Shown here: positions 18,101 to 24,878 of the stretch, one piece after another
Position numbering within the stretch: the stretch's first letter is position 1
How the letters are laid out: the number at the start of each line of letters is the position of its first letter
The notes under the pieces: model-generated
The model's database searches: none
Told to the model about the DNA's origin: nothing
The model's input: only the letters and a program-made list of their open reading frames with translations
IMG/VR virus record: IMGVR_UViG_3300037483_001074
Coordinates: 1-29,445 of that record
Strand: one strand, 5' to 3'
DNA length: 29,445 bases
Source: a virus
Lineage: Duplodnaviria; Caudoviricetes
Made by a program: the position numbers and the translations under genes

Positions 18101-19910
18101 TACCGCCAGGTGTAACAGCGCCAGGCGCCACAGGAGGCGCGCCGGCGGCCAACGGCGGCTGGAAGGTCGCCCCGGGAGCCGCCGGGGCGACAGGCGGGGC
18201 CGTGGGCAGCGCAGGGGCCACGGCGGCGCCAGGCAGGATCGGAGTGGTCGTGATCGACGGAGCGGCGCCGGCGGCCGGGCCGCCCAGGATGCCGAGCTCC
18301 GGCGGGGCCGTTCCGATCGGCGTCGCGGCCGAGATGCCAGGGGGCGGCGTGCCGGCGTTCTGCGCCTGAGCAGCTTCGATCAGCCCCTGGACGGTCGGGC
18401 GCGCGGCGGCGGCGCGCTGCTGCGCGGCCTCGACTGGCGAGAGCTCGCCGGGCGCCACGGGCGGCACCGGAACGCCTGGCGTGACTGAAACGCCGACTCC
18501 CGGGCCTGGCAGCGGCGCGCCTGGGAGCGTCGGGGTGATGGCGGGGCCCGCGGCGAGCGGCGCCGCGGCCGGCGGCGGCGCACCAGGCACCGTGACGGGG
18601 CCCGCTACGCCCGGCTGCGGCGGCTCGGCGGCGACCGGCGTGCTCATGCCCTTCTGCTGCTGATCCAGAATCTCCTGGCGGGCCTGCTCGAGCGACTGGA
18701 TGGCGAGGATGTCCCCGGCGTTCCGCGCGGCGCCGAGCGATGAGTCGATCTCGTCGAGCTGCGCCTGGAGCGACGCGGCCGGCACCTCGGCGGCCGGGCG
18801 CTGCGGCAGCGGCGTCGCGGACTCGGTTTCTGCGGCAGCGCCGTCGACGGCCTCCTGGCGCGCCCGCTCGATCGGATGGTCGACCCCGGGGAACGCGCCC
18901 CCGACCGGGCCTCCGACGAGCGCTCCAGCGATCGCCTCGCCAGCGACCGCCGGCCCGGATGGCAGCCTGGCATTCTGGATCGCCTCCTGGACAATGAGCT
19001 GGCCAGCCTCTTCGACAGCTTCGGCGCCGGCGGTCGCGGCAGTCGTGACCGCGCGGCGAGCGAGTGGGCTCGCGATGCCGGCCCCGACCCCGCGAGCCAC
19101 CTGCAGGGCTGGGACCTCGAGAATGTTGGTCACGCCAGCGGCGCTCGCCTCGCGCCAGTTGACGGGGCGGTCGTCGAGAAACTTCTGGGCCGTCGCCTCC
19201 GCGAGGGCCGTGGTCCCCGAGATTGCCCCGGCCGTCAGGATCGGGCCAGCTCCCGGAATTGACGCCACGCCAAGGCCAACGACCATCGGCAATCCAGTCG
19301 TGAGCGCTGTCCTGGCAAGTCCCTTCGGAGTCGTGAACGACTGGATGAGCCCTTCGTAGGCGGCTGTCGCCTCTTCTGCGTCCCGTGTCTGGACCCCGGA
19401 AGCGACCTGACTCTCGAGGTTCGCAATGTGCTTACGCGCAAGGTCTTCGGCAGCCGACTCGGCCTCCTCGCGTGAAGCGCCATCTCTGAGGCGCTCCATC
19501 CCGTGCTGTCTGGCTGCGTGGAGGATATCCGCTGCACGCTTTCCGTACTTGTTGGCGTGCTGAGCGTATACATAAGGCTCAACTGCGTCTGGCCCTTGCG
19601 TATTCCTGACGTGCTCTGCCCCGACGCGAATTTCTCGCTCAGTCTGTTCGTTGAGCTTGTCCAGCCCGATAGGCTCTTCCGGCGTCGGGACCGGCGCGGC
19701 GACCTCGCCGAAAATGTCCGGGCCGCCTACGCCTCGCAGCCTGGCGAGGGCCTCGTCCAGGAAGCCCTGGTCGCGCGGTGGAGCCGTGGGTGGCCCAACG
19801 GTCGGACGAGGCGTGAACGGCCTGATGTACGGCTCGGGCCCGGCGGACTCGGCGCGAAGGGCAGCGAGCTCATCCTCGAGCCACGAGGACCTGGGCGGGT
19901 TGCTCCCCAT
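9102..19910 (-). CDS. Giant (3602 aa) polyvalent internal-virion/ejection protein: InPase-like + SF2 helicase (Strawberry-notch type) + JAB/MPN + LPD38-like C-terminus
   Basis: InPase-like segment PTPAQIEAGNYRKGH..DYGYVKRTEGADGEQVDVYVG..FDEHKAMLGF at about 17210-17645. Helicase motifs DGTGVGKT (~15270-15290), DEAH (~14995), TAT, GGTGINL and QALGRIHR (~14060). JAB motif E..HNHPSGNALPSDPD (~12670-12900). C-terminal GFITGGAP..PYAVRVGKTWYSYARIEP region. Confidence 0.85.
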   Translation of the reverse strand: MGSNPPRSSWLEDELAALRAESAGPEPYIRPFTPRPTVGPPTAPPRDQGFLDEALARLRGVGGPDIFGEVAAPVPTPEEPIGLDKLNEQTEREIRVGAEHVRNTQGPDAVEPYVYAQHANKYGKRAADILHAARQHGMERLRDGASREEAESAAEDLARKHIANLESQVASGVQTRDAEEATAAYEGLIQSFTTPKGLARTALTTGLPMVVGLGVASIPGAGPILTAGAISGTTALAEATAQKFLDDRPVNWREASAAGVTNILEVPALQVARGVGAGIASPLARRAVTTAATAGAEAVEEAGQLIVQEAIQNARLPSGPAVAGEAIAGALVGGPVGGAFPGVDHPIERARQEAVDGAAAETESATPLPQRPAAEVPAASLQAQLDEIDSSLGAARNAGDILAIQSLEQARQEILDQQQKGMSTPVAAEPPQPGVAGPVTVPGAPPPAAAPLAAGPAITPTLPGAPLPGPGVGVSVTPGVPVPPVAPGELSPVEAAQQRAAAARPTVQGLIEAAQAQNAGTPPPGISAATPIGTAPPELGILGGPAAGAAPSITTTPILPGAAVAPALPTAPPVAPAAPGATFQPPLAAGAPPVAPGAVTPGGIAVQPSLAPRGRITLGLRGGNWIAAHEGPVADEVMEAFGTTELPTPFTREANPEEIRSELQRLNPDVEVVVEGRPAEAPAEAQAPAGLEPAPATRPAARQAVAVGQRVASGARRGTALELVEVEGRPRARVLFDEGFEQYVDVDKLSSEPEPAPTPAQIEAGNYRKGHRDFQGLDISVETAKGGVRRAKDGSWEVRDFPADYGYVKRTEGADGEQVDVYVGDDAAAQNVFVVDQVDADTGRFDEHKAMLGFPDQASALEAYRRGFSDGRAEERIGAVTPMPVDAFKAWLKEGDTTKPVGELAKRPAAGARPIKRVEPTPGMRAAFGEFGAVAPPPAAARAAGPAAAPTPPTMTKGPVRPQISELGEVRRKAMETALDRIQDKKTRVAARRHVEEQMWRRFLVEQRQADYDHFGRQVDPVTGQKIKNRAVKRRAAKDALANAQAIYGAGWETIRGTTKDPAVVKRLRQLVEGKGLPTGAAREELPLTTYAYSGVKGWIDHVAALPLGEAVAKVQEYSAAHAQTDEDVYDSLQRLAADVDSMGEDAIRQVVDLPGVGRAKIAKALAKGPEDPLFKRMLEYRRKAQAEDRAFQELLHEYADQAFEHPALLTIADNLEEDLEAGLESADHPLLKTFMWGINDPATGKQATADAVIEAMRFGKGRLFSRIRTAYTDAMSVMQNDVPFEIPEGAEVEGFLEAPRTREGQDLIPGFMEAVIGTAQKPIARKGEPAPDFADAALFTQDEARAAREEAERLKRQRASQRSLLEAPKLPSLVSLPQDNLVGRYGPPPRKATAEQLAARQRWADLLKGEVSGLPAPGVAAERGPAQGEAAAAARGPAARGAGAAVGEGAPGGRRGGGRGPGVPAGVQGAAGVPGAGARPAARAGIFHIVNPREAESLERPAKLGLIPPELAQHLSEDQAVGVAKAIEAFDAGSGFLFEDGTGVGKTRELLALAHTFLKKGNKVLIVSKAGSIEPKKIAGRLVPSGSYRDDSAAMGIPIEYVTERGKPLKSGVVNLGTYHALRDYAVDGDTVLLLDEAHQLKSAGDSEVAAAGADLIRRVRVAGFATATPGDKPYHMSYLASIGFFEGKDPETAMKDLGVSIRKQKRVSKVLLKRNLAAGMDRVAAREAATETIDVWKTTSPRKMRRALDALFRRLTRTGTVIKREVDLSPIQVVTHKVMLPEEAHRVMDRIEQGNFDRKNALMHMRRQQEPYKLQATQKLVMEELAAGRQVVVFATRVNQSEVREKIRDERGDIIGERVIAESEGTLKQLAEWLKAEGIPTAEIHGAADERSEDAQARFQRGEAKVVIASYEKGGTGINLDDRSGAAPRSMILMTSPFDSVSLVQALGRIHRFTTRSKSRIHILFSDHGLDAWNGGILAGKLKMLHALVSGDIAALDLAGMGGDEETLNAGAVHYVDAARVLAQFTPAGRAMAVKSPRQWGAIIHSLKRMGVDIKMREGGEFSVQTHEGFEISGNIAKGFVPELGERLRGRAYGNLTWNHDESAAEFREAARAAEPPPPAIATDAALRLMREIGPTSGAQRDVKPIVSFRQYEFMKRRLEEAGAIWGEAQPGAWQIGTRTGEFLTGELVPPRGTDRGFAMPKEDHGAFYWLSVGEEALKAPAPDPLSVNAALDDFAQGQERSSDPDSEVRAVAGIVGSPVAEVISYERPHLDWRKPARLGTGVSLATGRELGAGIRVAATALREGFQKLGKIDFDGQYVGSLENAAAIFQTARNPSLEHAAIFFVDRAGVIRGSMQTSSQSPSFVSWGPTTPLVRNIEGRIAAFAQQGVEIAGIISLHNHPSGNALPSDPDLTHSGKLAQALGKRYMGAAIVDHEQATVVRPNGTHYMIRRAAGGFVDPDPFLQEGIDSAAYYNEQSPYRLRSQKDVRSFAESILGSGLWRKDSTDVSVMFVDRQNRLALMTLVPRPLFNSPGSFRRFVVLVGKVSGADSVFAAGPGILQDNRSSTAANVHMGDGVLQDVFDLGTSKSLVDTLLSASSYHGRPDLPWQELLGVPNFEAGQHLAEPPVSALPEWGKPDPDWWARRVRFAELRTQSRMAEASAGVDPRAFWDAFVLGVDAIRRGARSFSAWLKGLVAKVPWAGRYGRELWDYIGGLGAPIEFQRTGQVQPFAQALETTVPEVRAYKGPIRPIPKVTPQDMLAVADAIVRGEAGAPIDVAGGKPIGVGKSRDFPINIHQISDEGQIKNVVARGARALSDRLGVARQKYTMPELHTMALELGYSEADWHRMVREKGALTAPEIIFGRVLRQHAGVDFGNRWEAWREAQEHAKEKGLDPEEQERRRQEVLNAEREKLLALHKFIGMMYGTAAAAAEAGRALRAHNMLAQMLTPEERFLQRLFRGRRGDEKAMAELVEALRANDMERAGRLIRKIHKPGILRMIIEYYINSLLSAPSTSIANVAGNLVHEAALRTPERAIAARLEQFGIRQGLEQLLRGEAKPTERVVGQAMEALRAQVRLGFGMPAALNNTLLALRREDIKFMRSLKGEFYPPAIPGVLGKVVRTPGRVMEGLDLAARQSAMSAEQAAQLWFRAYQDAHKNGWKISSPDFEERLRELHEIMGQWILLEEQRLADPTSFQSEYGADGYKFLYRHRDLAAIYEDMRHAGDVSTFRDATTKFSSLIKALRNAYPALSFAIPFVHTTERLLVQGFRRTPLGLAKTVYNISKGSIEGGEASDRLAQGMLGTMLTAAVYVWAKNGFITGGAPEDPRDRENWLKTGKLPYAVRVGKTWYSYARIEPLATTFGLAADLAAVDDQKVAGDAFDKLHYSVLNQTLNKTYLEGLINAAEAIGDPDRYAGRFWKRMLGAAVPNLLAAGARAIDPTIRETDSISQTLMARVPMLSTTLPPRLTGTGEPVIRGENAPSRFLSPVRYAEEAGPEKNLERIFLEAGYSPSQPPRTITLPGTFGRKVDLTPAERRIYAGYSQRATAFARTLTTNNDWSALDAFAKRELLERIYRFAHDAARREMLLSVTRRLQQGKAEVKTK
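15389..15673 (-). CDS. Overprinted (nested, +1 frame) 94-aa acidic helical protein inside the giant gene
   Basis: AAGGGAG SD 6 nt before GTG. The first 73 codons all end in G/C, while about 50 of the 73 overlapping host-frame codons end in A/T. Product is MDYPHRALPPNEDQLKVKPPPRLEDLLPEERALLSEKELLEAAAEGDEDLAFLLEYKERLESLERERVRLLEQ... Confidence 0.7.
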   Translation of the reverse strand: MDYPHRALPPNEDQLKVKPPPRLEDLLPEERALLSEKELLEAAAEGDEDLAFLLEYKERLESLERERVRLLEQGSSISSTPGRRRALSALPSSA

Positions 19911-19922
19911 CGCGCCCCCGCC

Positions 19923-21116
19923 CTATCGCTCCCCGGTGCCTGGCGCAGCGGGAGGACGACTCGCGATCGCTCCCGCGATTGCAGCGAACGGATCGGCCCG
20001 TGGGTCGCGCAGCACGAATCCCGCGGCGACGTTCGCCCGCTCCATCCGCTCGCGGATCAGGGCGTCGATGTACTCCTTCAGCTCGGCTGCGTTCTGGCTC
20101 CCAGGATCCGCCTGCGCCAGCATCTGGCGCGCCTGTTCGATCTGTCGGCTGTAGGCGTCGTAGACGCGCGACGCCTCGCCGCGTGCGGACTGGTCCGCGC
20201 GCGCGCGAATGAGCGCGTCTCCGTAGCGGCCCTCGGCCTCGATGCGCTTGAGCTCGAGCGGATCAGGCGGCGGCAACTCCGCCTGGCGTAGTCGCTGCTC
20301 CACGAGGGCGCTCTCCAGGCCCATCTTGTCGCGCGCGAGCTCGGTCGCCTGCTCTTCGTCCGCACGACCCTCGAGCCATGCCCGCCTGGACGTCGCTTGC
20401 TCGAGCCCGGAGAGCTCACGCACGCCCTCGCGGGGGGCCCCGGTCCCGACGCCGCCGGTGAACGTCCAGGCTGTGCCGGGATCCTTCAGGTCTGGCGCTG
20501 GCCCCTGGTTCACGAGCTCCCGCACCTTCGCCGAGTACGGCTTCGACGCTGTCGGGCTCGTGCGCTCCGAGAGGTTCGGCGTCGCTCCCTGCTGCGTGAA
20601 CGTCGAGCCCGCGGATCCGCTCACGACGTCTGAGCCGAGCCGCGGATCGGAGCGCCGACCGCCGCCTTGCGTGCCCGAGCTCTCGACGACGGCCTTGTCG
20701 TAGTCCAGGTACTTGCCTCCGGAGCGCGACAGCGCCAGCGCCTCGTCAGGGCCCGCCCAGGTGATGCGCCCGTCCGCCGTCTTCACGGCCTTGACGCCAC
20801 CGTAGTAGGGGTCGCCGGCAGGCGCGGCCGCTGGCGTCGCCTCGGATCGGATGGGGCGCTCTGAGGCGGCGCCAGGGCCCGTCCCGACCGCAGGGGCCTT
20901 CATGGTCGTCGTCGGGGCCGGGACCTTCTGGTCGGACCCCTGGCCGCGCGGGTCCTCGAAGCCGCGGGCGGCCATGACGGCGGCGTCCATCCGCGCCTGG
21001 TCGTCGGCGCGGCGCTTCTGGCGCTCCGTCTCCATGAGGCTCGCCATCACCTCACGTGACGGAGTCGGCGTGAGCATCATGCTCGAGATCGGAAGCGAGC
21101 CCGGAAGCGGCGGCAT
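19923..21116 (-). CDS. Putative internal virion/ejection protein
   Basis: 397 aa, low-complexity N-terminal half and helical C-terminal half. Lies directly upstream of the giant protein. Confidence 0.65.
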   Translation of the reverse strand: MPPLPGSLPISSMMLTPTPSREVMASLMETERQKRRADDQARMDAAVMAARGFEDPRGQGSDQKVPAPTTTMKAPAVGTGPGAASERPIRSEATPAAAPAGDPYYGGVKAVKTADGRITWAGPDEALALSRSGGKYLDYDKAVVESSGTQGGGRRSDPRLGSDVVSGSAGSTFTQQGATPNLSERTSPTASKPYSAKVRELVNQGPAPDLKDPGTAWTFTGGVGTGAPREGVRELSGLEQATSRRAWLEGRADEEQATELARDKMGLESALVEQRLRQAELPPPDPLELKRIEAEGRYGDALIRARADQSARGEASRVYDAYSRQIEQARQMLAQADPGSQNAAELKEYIDALIRERMERANVAAGFVLRDPRADPFAAIAGAIASRPPAAPGTGER

Positions 21117-21119
21117 GGC

Positions 21120-21320
21120 TTAGTACCCGCTCTTGGCCTTGCGCTTTTTCAACGCTGCGGCTGCGTGCTTGCCTGTGAACTTCATGTCGCGCCTCCCTGG
21201 CCTCGACTTCTTGCCGTCGATGTAGGTGTCCTTCACCTCGTCCGATGGAAACGGCTCGTGCCTGGTGAAGTTGCTCATCTTCGAAAAAGGCTTCTTGAAG
21301 TGCTTCCAGTTGGAGATCAC
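21120..21320 (-). CDS. Small Lys-rich basic protein
   Basis: 66 aa. GTG immediately follows the upstream TGA, the ORF fills the gap, and codon usage is typical. Confidence 0.6.
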   Translation of the reverse strand: MISNWKHFKKPFSKMSNFTRHEPFPSDEVKDTYIDGKKSRPGRRDMKFTGKHAAAALKKRKAKSGY

Positions 21321-21887
21321 TCAGTACCCCGTGCCGGCCGGCTGGCACCCACCGAATGGCGACGGCTTCATCCCCGCCGGACAGTCACCCCCTGCTGCGT
21401 TGCGTCCTGCGGCCGCGGTAGCCTGCGCGGAGCTGCCGGCCCCTGCGTTCGCGAGATCGGTCAGGCCGGTGTAGTTGGCGATCGGACGACCCGCTCCGGC
21501 CATCCTCGTCATCTGCCCGGTCATGCGCTGATACGCTGCCGCCTGGGGCCCCCCGATCATCGACCCGTAATTCTCCGTCTCCAGCCTCGCGGGAGTTGCG
21601 TAGGCCCGCTCGGCGGAGGCTTGGTTGATCTGGCCGAGGTCGGCAAACTGCGCGCTCTTGGCGAGGGCTGCGGCCGCCTCTTGCGCAGTGCGATCCGCGG
21701 TGAGGCGTTCCCTGGCGAGCCCGCGCTCCGAGCGCTTTCCCTCGAGATACTCCCGGAAGGCCGCCTCGGTCCGAGCCGGGGCCTTCCGCTGCTCCTGAAT
21801 CCGCAGGTCCATGAGCTCCGGCAGACGCGCGGAGAGTGCCGCGATCATCGGGTTGATCTGGGAGAAGTCGAAAGCTACGCTCGACAT
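21321..21887 (-). CDS. Putative internal virion/ejection protein
   Basis: 188 aa, Ala/Gln/Arg-rich helical, GGAGG SD, located in the ejection cluster. Confidence 0.65.
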   Translation of the reverse strand: MSSVAFDFSQINPMIAALSARLPELMDLRIQEQRKAPARTEAAFREYLEGKRSERGLARERLTADRTAQEAAAALAKSAQFADLGQINQASAERAYATPARLETENYGSMIGGPQAAAYQRMTGQMTRMAGAGRPIANYTGLTDLANAGAGSSAQATAAAGRNAAGGDCPAGMKPSPFGGCQPAGTGY

Positions 21888-21896
21888 GACCGCCTC

Positions 21897-22715
21897 CTAA
21901 CCGAAGCTGTAGCTGTTGCCGCCGACCGACGCCGCCGACCCAACCGACGAGAAGATGCCGCCGGCGAGCCGCGAGTAGAAGTCCATGAGCGCGTTGTTCG
22001 CCGCGGTGGCCGCCGCGGCGTCGGCGCTGTACTTCTGGATGTCCTTGCCGTAGCGGTCGAGCGCGAGCTCGTTCTCCGAGACGTCGCGCCGGAGATCCAG
22101 GTCCATGCGCGACGTGCGCTCGCCGGCCTGACCCGCGGCCTGGCCCGCCTCCGACTTGAGGGCCTCTCCGAGCTGCGCTTCGCGGCCGAGCGTCACGCCG
22201 GCCTGGGCCTTATTGATGCTCTGCAGGCCACGGGCCCTGAACGCCGCCTCGTCGAACGGGATCCCTTGCGCGATCGAGGCTGCCTTTGCCTGTTGCAGCT
22301 CCGACTCGAGCGTGTCGCGCGTCTGCTGCGTCATCACGTCCTGCGCGAAGCCCGTTCCTGCCTTCAGATCCTCACCGTAACTGCGTTGCGACGCGAGGGT
22401 GCGCGCGATCTCGGGATCGTAGGCGGCCTGGGGATTGATCGGCGTGAGCTCTGGGCGCGTGAGGGCGCTGGGACCCCAGCTCGTCTGGGCACCTGACGGC
22501 ATCGATGGAATCGTCATCGTGCCGCCGCCGGAGACACGGCTCGCTGCAGGAGTGGTGGCGGCCGGCTTCTGTGGGACGGCGAGGCCACCGCCGCTCCAGG
22601 TCTTTTTGGGTGCGCTCGGTGTCGGTGTCAGCGATGGGGCGTTGAGTTGGACGCAGTTCGGATAGATCCCGCCCCAGCCATCCGGGCACTTCGGCTGCGT
22701 CCCAAGGGTCGCCAT
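21897..22715 (-). CDS. Putative internal virion/ejection (pilot-like) protein
   Basis: 272 aa, Ala/Gln-rich helices and a Gly/Ser-rich C-terminus, GGAGG SD, follows the nozzle gene. Confidence 0.65.
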   Translation of the reverse strand: MATLGTQPKCPDGWGGIYPNCVQLNAPSLTPTPSAPKKTWSGGGLAVPQKPAATTPAASRVSGGGTMTIPSMPSGAQTSWGPSALTRPELTPINPQAAYDPEIARTLASQRSYGEDLKAGTGFAQDVMTQQTRDTLESELQQAKAASIAQGIPFDEAAFRARGLQSINKAQAGVTLGREAQLGEALKSEAGQAAGQAGERTSRMDLDLRRDVSENELALDRYGKDIQKYSADAAAATAANNALMDFYSRLAGGIFSSVGSAASVGGNSYSFG

Positions 22716-22754
22716 CGGTCAGGCCTCCAGCACAGTCTACGCCAAATGTCCAGC

Positions 22755-24878
22755 CTACGCCTGCCCGATCACGGTGATCGGGTAGAGGAGTGGGTTGGAC
22801 GGGATCAGGCTCGCGTCGACGGCCGAGACGCTCATCGTCAGGGTCCCCACCGCCAGCGTCGAGCCCACGGTCGTCGCCACCAGGCCAGGCCCGGCCAGCA
22901 CGATCGTTTCGGAGATCGGCGACGCTCCGGCACCGGCAACCGTCACGGAGATCGGGAATGCGGCGGTTCCGTAGCTGTAGGCGAGGGTCACGCGGAAGAG
23001 CACGGTCTGTGGACAGCCGGTGACCGTCGCGGTCTCGCCAGGCAGGATCGTCGACCAGCTCGCTCCGTCGTCGTCGCTGATCTCGAACAGCGTGACGCCG
23101 TACTCGGTCTTGTCCTCGACGCCGCGCTGCGTGGCCCCGCGGTTCCAGACACCGCCCAGACCGCGGTACTCCATCCCGATCGGTGCGGTCGCGCGGAGCT
23201 CGAACGTGAAGCCGCGACCGGAGATCCTCTCGGTCGGGGTGAACGTGTGGACCGTCTGCGGCACGTACTTGAGCTTGTAGGTGCGCGCCGCCTCGCGGAT
23301 GTTGCGCCCACGCAGCGTGCGCGTCTCCTCGGACAGGCTCGCGGCCTCGTCAATCTTCCAGTGCCAGCGTTCGTTGTCTGGGAGTTGGCTGCGCCACGCC
23401 TGCTCGTCACCACCTCGAACGTGAAGCGTCCAGCCGGTCGTCTCGGATTCGACGTAAGCCCAGAGCTGCGCGAGCTCCTTGCCGAACTCGAGCTCGTCGC
23501 CGGGTTCGAAGAAGAGCTGGTGACCGGGCCTGATGATCAGGGCCTTCTCGAGAAGGTCGCCGTCGTCGTCGCCCTGGGTCCGGTCCTGCTTCCTGATCTT
23601 GCCATCGCAGGACCCGATCACGAGCTCGCCCTCGCGGTTGTAGAAGGCGCAGGAGTCGAAGCGATCCTTGAAGTCGAGCGTCCATTCCGGGTGGCGCGAC
23701 TCGCCGGCCATCGACGGCTCGAAGGACCCGTAGTAGCCGGCGTAGGCGACCGTGCCTGGAAAGAGATCCGTCCTCTCGAACTCGGGACGCGCGGGACGGT
23801 TCGTCACGAACAGATAGACCTTGTTCTGCTTGTCGTGCATCGCGAAGCCGTCGCGGAAGATCTGGCGGTTCGAGACGTCGCCTGGCAGCATGTCCCCGAA
23901 TCCGGAGTCCTCGCGCCAGAGGGGCTGGATCTCCTTCATCAGGTAGCGGAATCCGCCGTCGTAGATCCAGGCACCGTCCTCGCCGGGGAGCCAGAGCTTG
24001 TTGTGGATCTCCCAGATCCCGAAGTGCGTGATGCACCCGACGTCCGAATCGAGCTTCTCCATCACGAAGTCGTCCGAGCCTGGCTGGCCGCTCGCGCTGC
24101 GGATCATGTAGCACGCGCGTTCGCAGAAGACCAGGAGCTCGTTCCTGCCCTTCCAGATCGCGGTGACGGGCTCGCGGTCGAGGGTGTCGCGGAAGGAGGC
24201 GTTCTTCAGGTACTGCGGCTCTCCCGGCAACGAGAACCAGACGCGGTAGGGGAACTTCGCGCTGTGCGCGTACCACATCCGGCCGGCCCAGGAGTGCGCG
24301 AACTTCGTCGGCGGCGGGACGACGTGATCGTAGTCCTGCGGACCGAGGAAGGTGAGCTGCGCGGTCCTGACGTTCTCCTCGATGGACGTGATCCCGTAGG
24401 GCGCCTCCCAGGCCATGCGGAAGTCGTTGCCGTTCATCGAGACGTAGCCGCGGACGTCTGTCACCCGGCTCTCCGCCGAAGAGGCGTCGATGCTCGTCCA
24501 AGCGCGCCCGAGGCCACCGAGCTCGCCCACGTTCACGACGTTTCCGAAGTTGCTCTCGGCGAGCACGCGCGCGCCCGCCCGGTGGATGAACGTGATCGCA
24601 GCCAGACAGAGCCCGCTCGAGCCGCCGGACCCAGAGCCGGCCGCGACCGCCAGTGAGTTCATCGGCGGGCGGATGCCAGCGATGTTCCAGCTCCCGCTGG
24701 CGGCTGCGTGGCGCACGACCGGGCGCGTGTAGTACCCGACGATGTAGAGGTCGCCGCGGAACCAGACGAAGCACGGCCGCCTGGCGGTGTAGGTCGCGCC
24801 CTCGGCCTCGAACTGCGAAGCCTGGACGAGCCCCCCTGCCGAGGTCCCGAGCCGTCCGCCTTGGGCGTAGATGATCAG
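22755..24878 (-). CDS. Tail hub/nozzle-like beta-propeller protein (P22 gp10 / T7 gp12-like); probable CTG start
   Basis: Motifs WAGRMWYA..RVWFSLPGEP, VTAIWKGRNELLVF and DVGCITHFGI..LWLPGEDGAWIYDG. The frame stays open and coding-like for 54 codons upstream of the tracked GTG 24716, up to CTG 24878, which overlaps the upstream TGA and has AGGAG 8 nt upstream. Confidence 0.7.
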   Translation of the reverse strand: MIIYAQGGRLGTSAGGLVQASQFEAEGATYTARRPCFVWFRGDLYIVGYYTRPVVRHAAASGSWNIAGIRPPMNSLAVAAGSGSGGSSGLCLAAITFIHRAGARVLAESNFGNVVNVGELGGLGRAWTSIDASSAESRVTDVRGYVSMNGNDFRMAWEAPYGITSIEENVRTAQLTFLGPQDYDHVVPPPTKFAHSWAGRMWYAHSAKFPYRVWFSLPGEPQYLKNASFRDTLDREPVTAIWKGRNELLVFCERACYMIRSASGQPGSDDFVMEKLDSDVGCITHFGIWEIHNKLWLPGEDGAWIYDGGFRYLMKEIQPLWREDSGFGDMLPGDVSNRQIFRDGFAMHDKQNKVYLFVTNRPARPEFERTDLFPGTVAYAGYYGSFEPSMAGESRHPEWTLDFKDRFDSCAFYNREGELVIGSCDGKIRKQDRTQGDDDGDLLEKALIIRPGHQLFFEPGDELEFGKELAQLWAYVESETTGWTLHVRGGDEQAWRSQLPDNERWHWKIDEAASLSEETRTLRGRNIREAARTYKLKYVPQTVHTFTPTERISGRGFTFELRATAPIGMEYRGLGGVWNRGATQRGVEDKTEYGVTLFEISDDDGASWSTILPGETATVTGCPQTVLFRVTLAYSYGTAAFPISVTVAGAGASPISETIVLAGPGLVATTVGSTLAVGTLTMSVSAVDASLIPSNPLLYPITVIGQA

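Noticed and set aside
22716-22760. Possible internal promoter (TAGACT) and short direct repeat GGCGTAG(G/A)CTG upstream of the ejection genes
   Set aside because: No recognisable -35 element, and the repeat is short enough to be chance.
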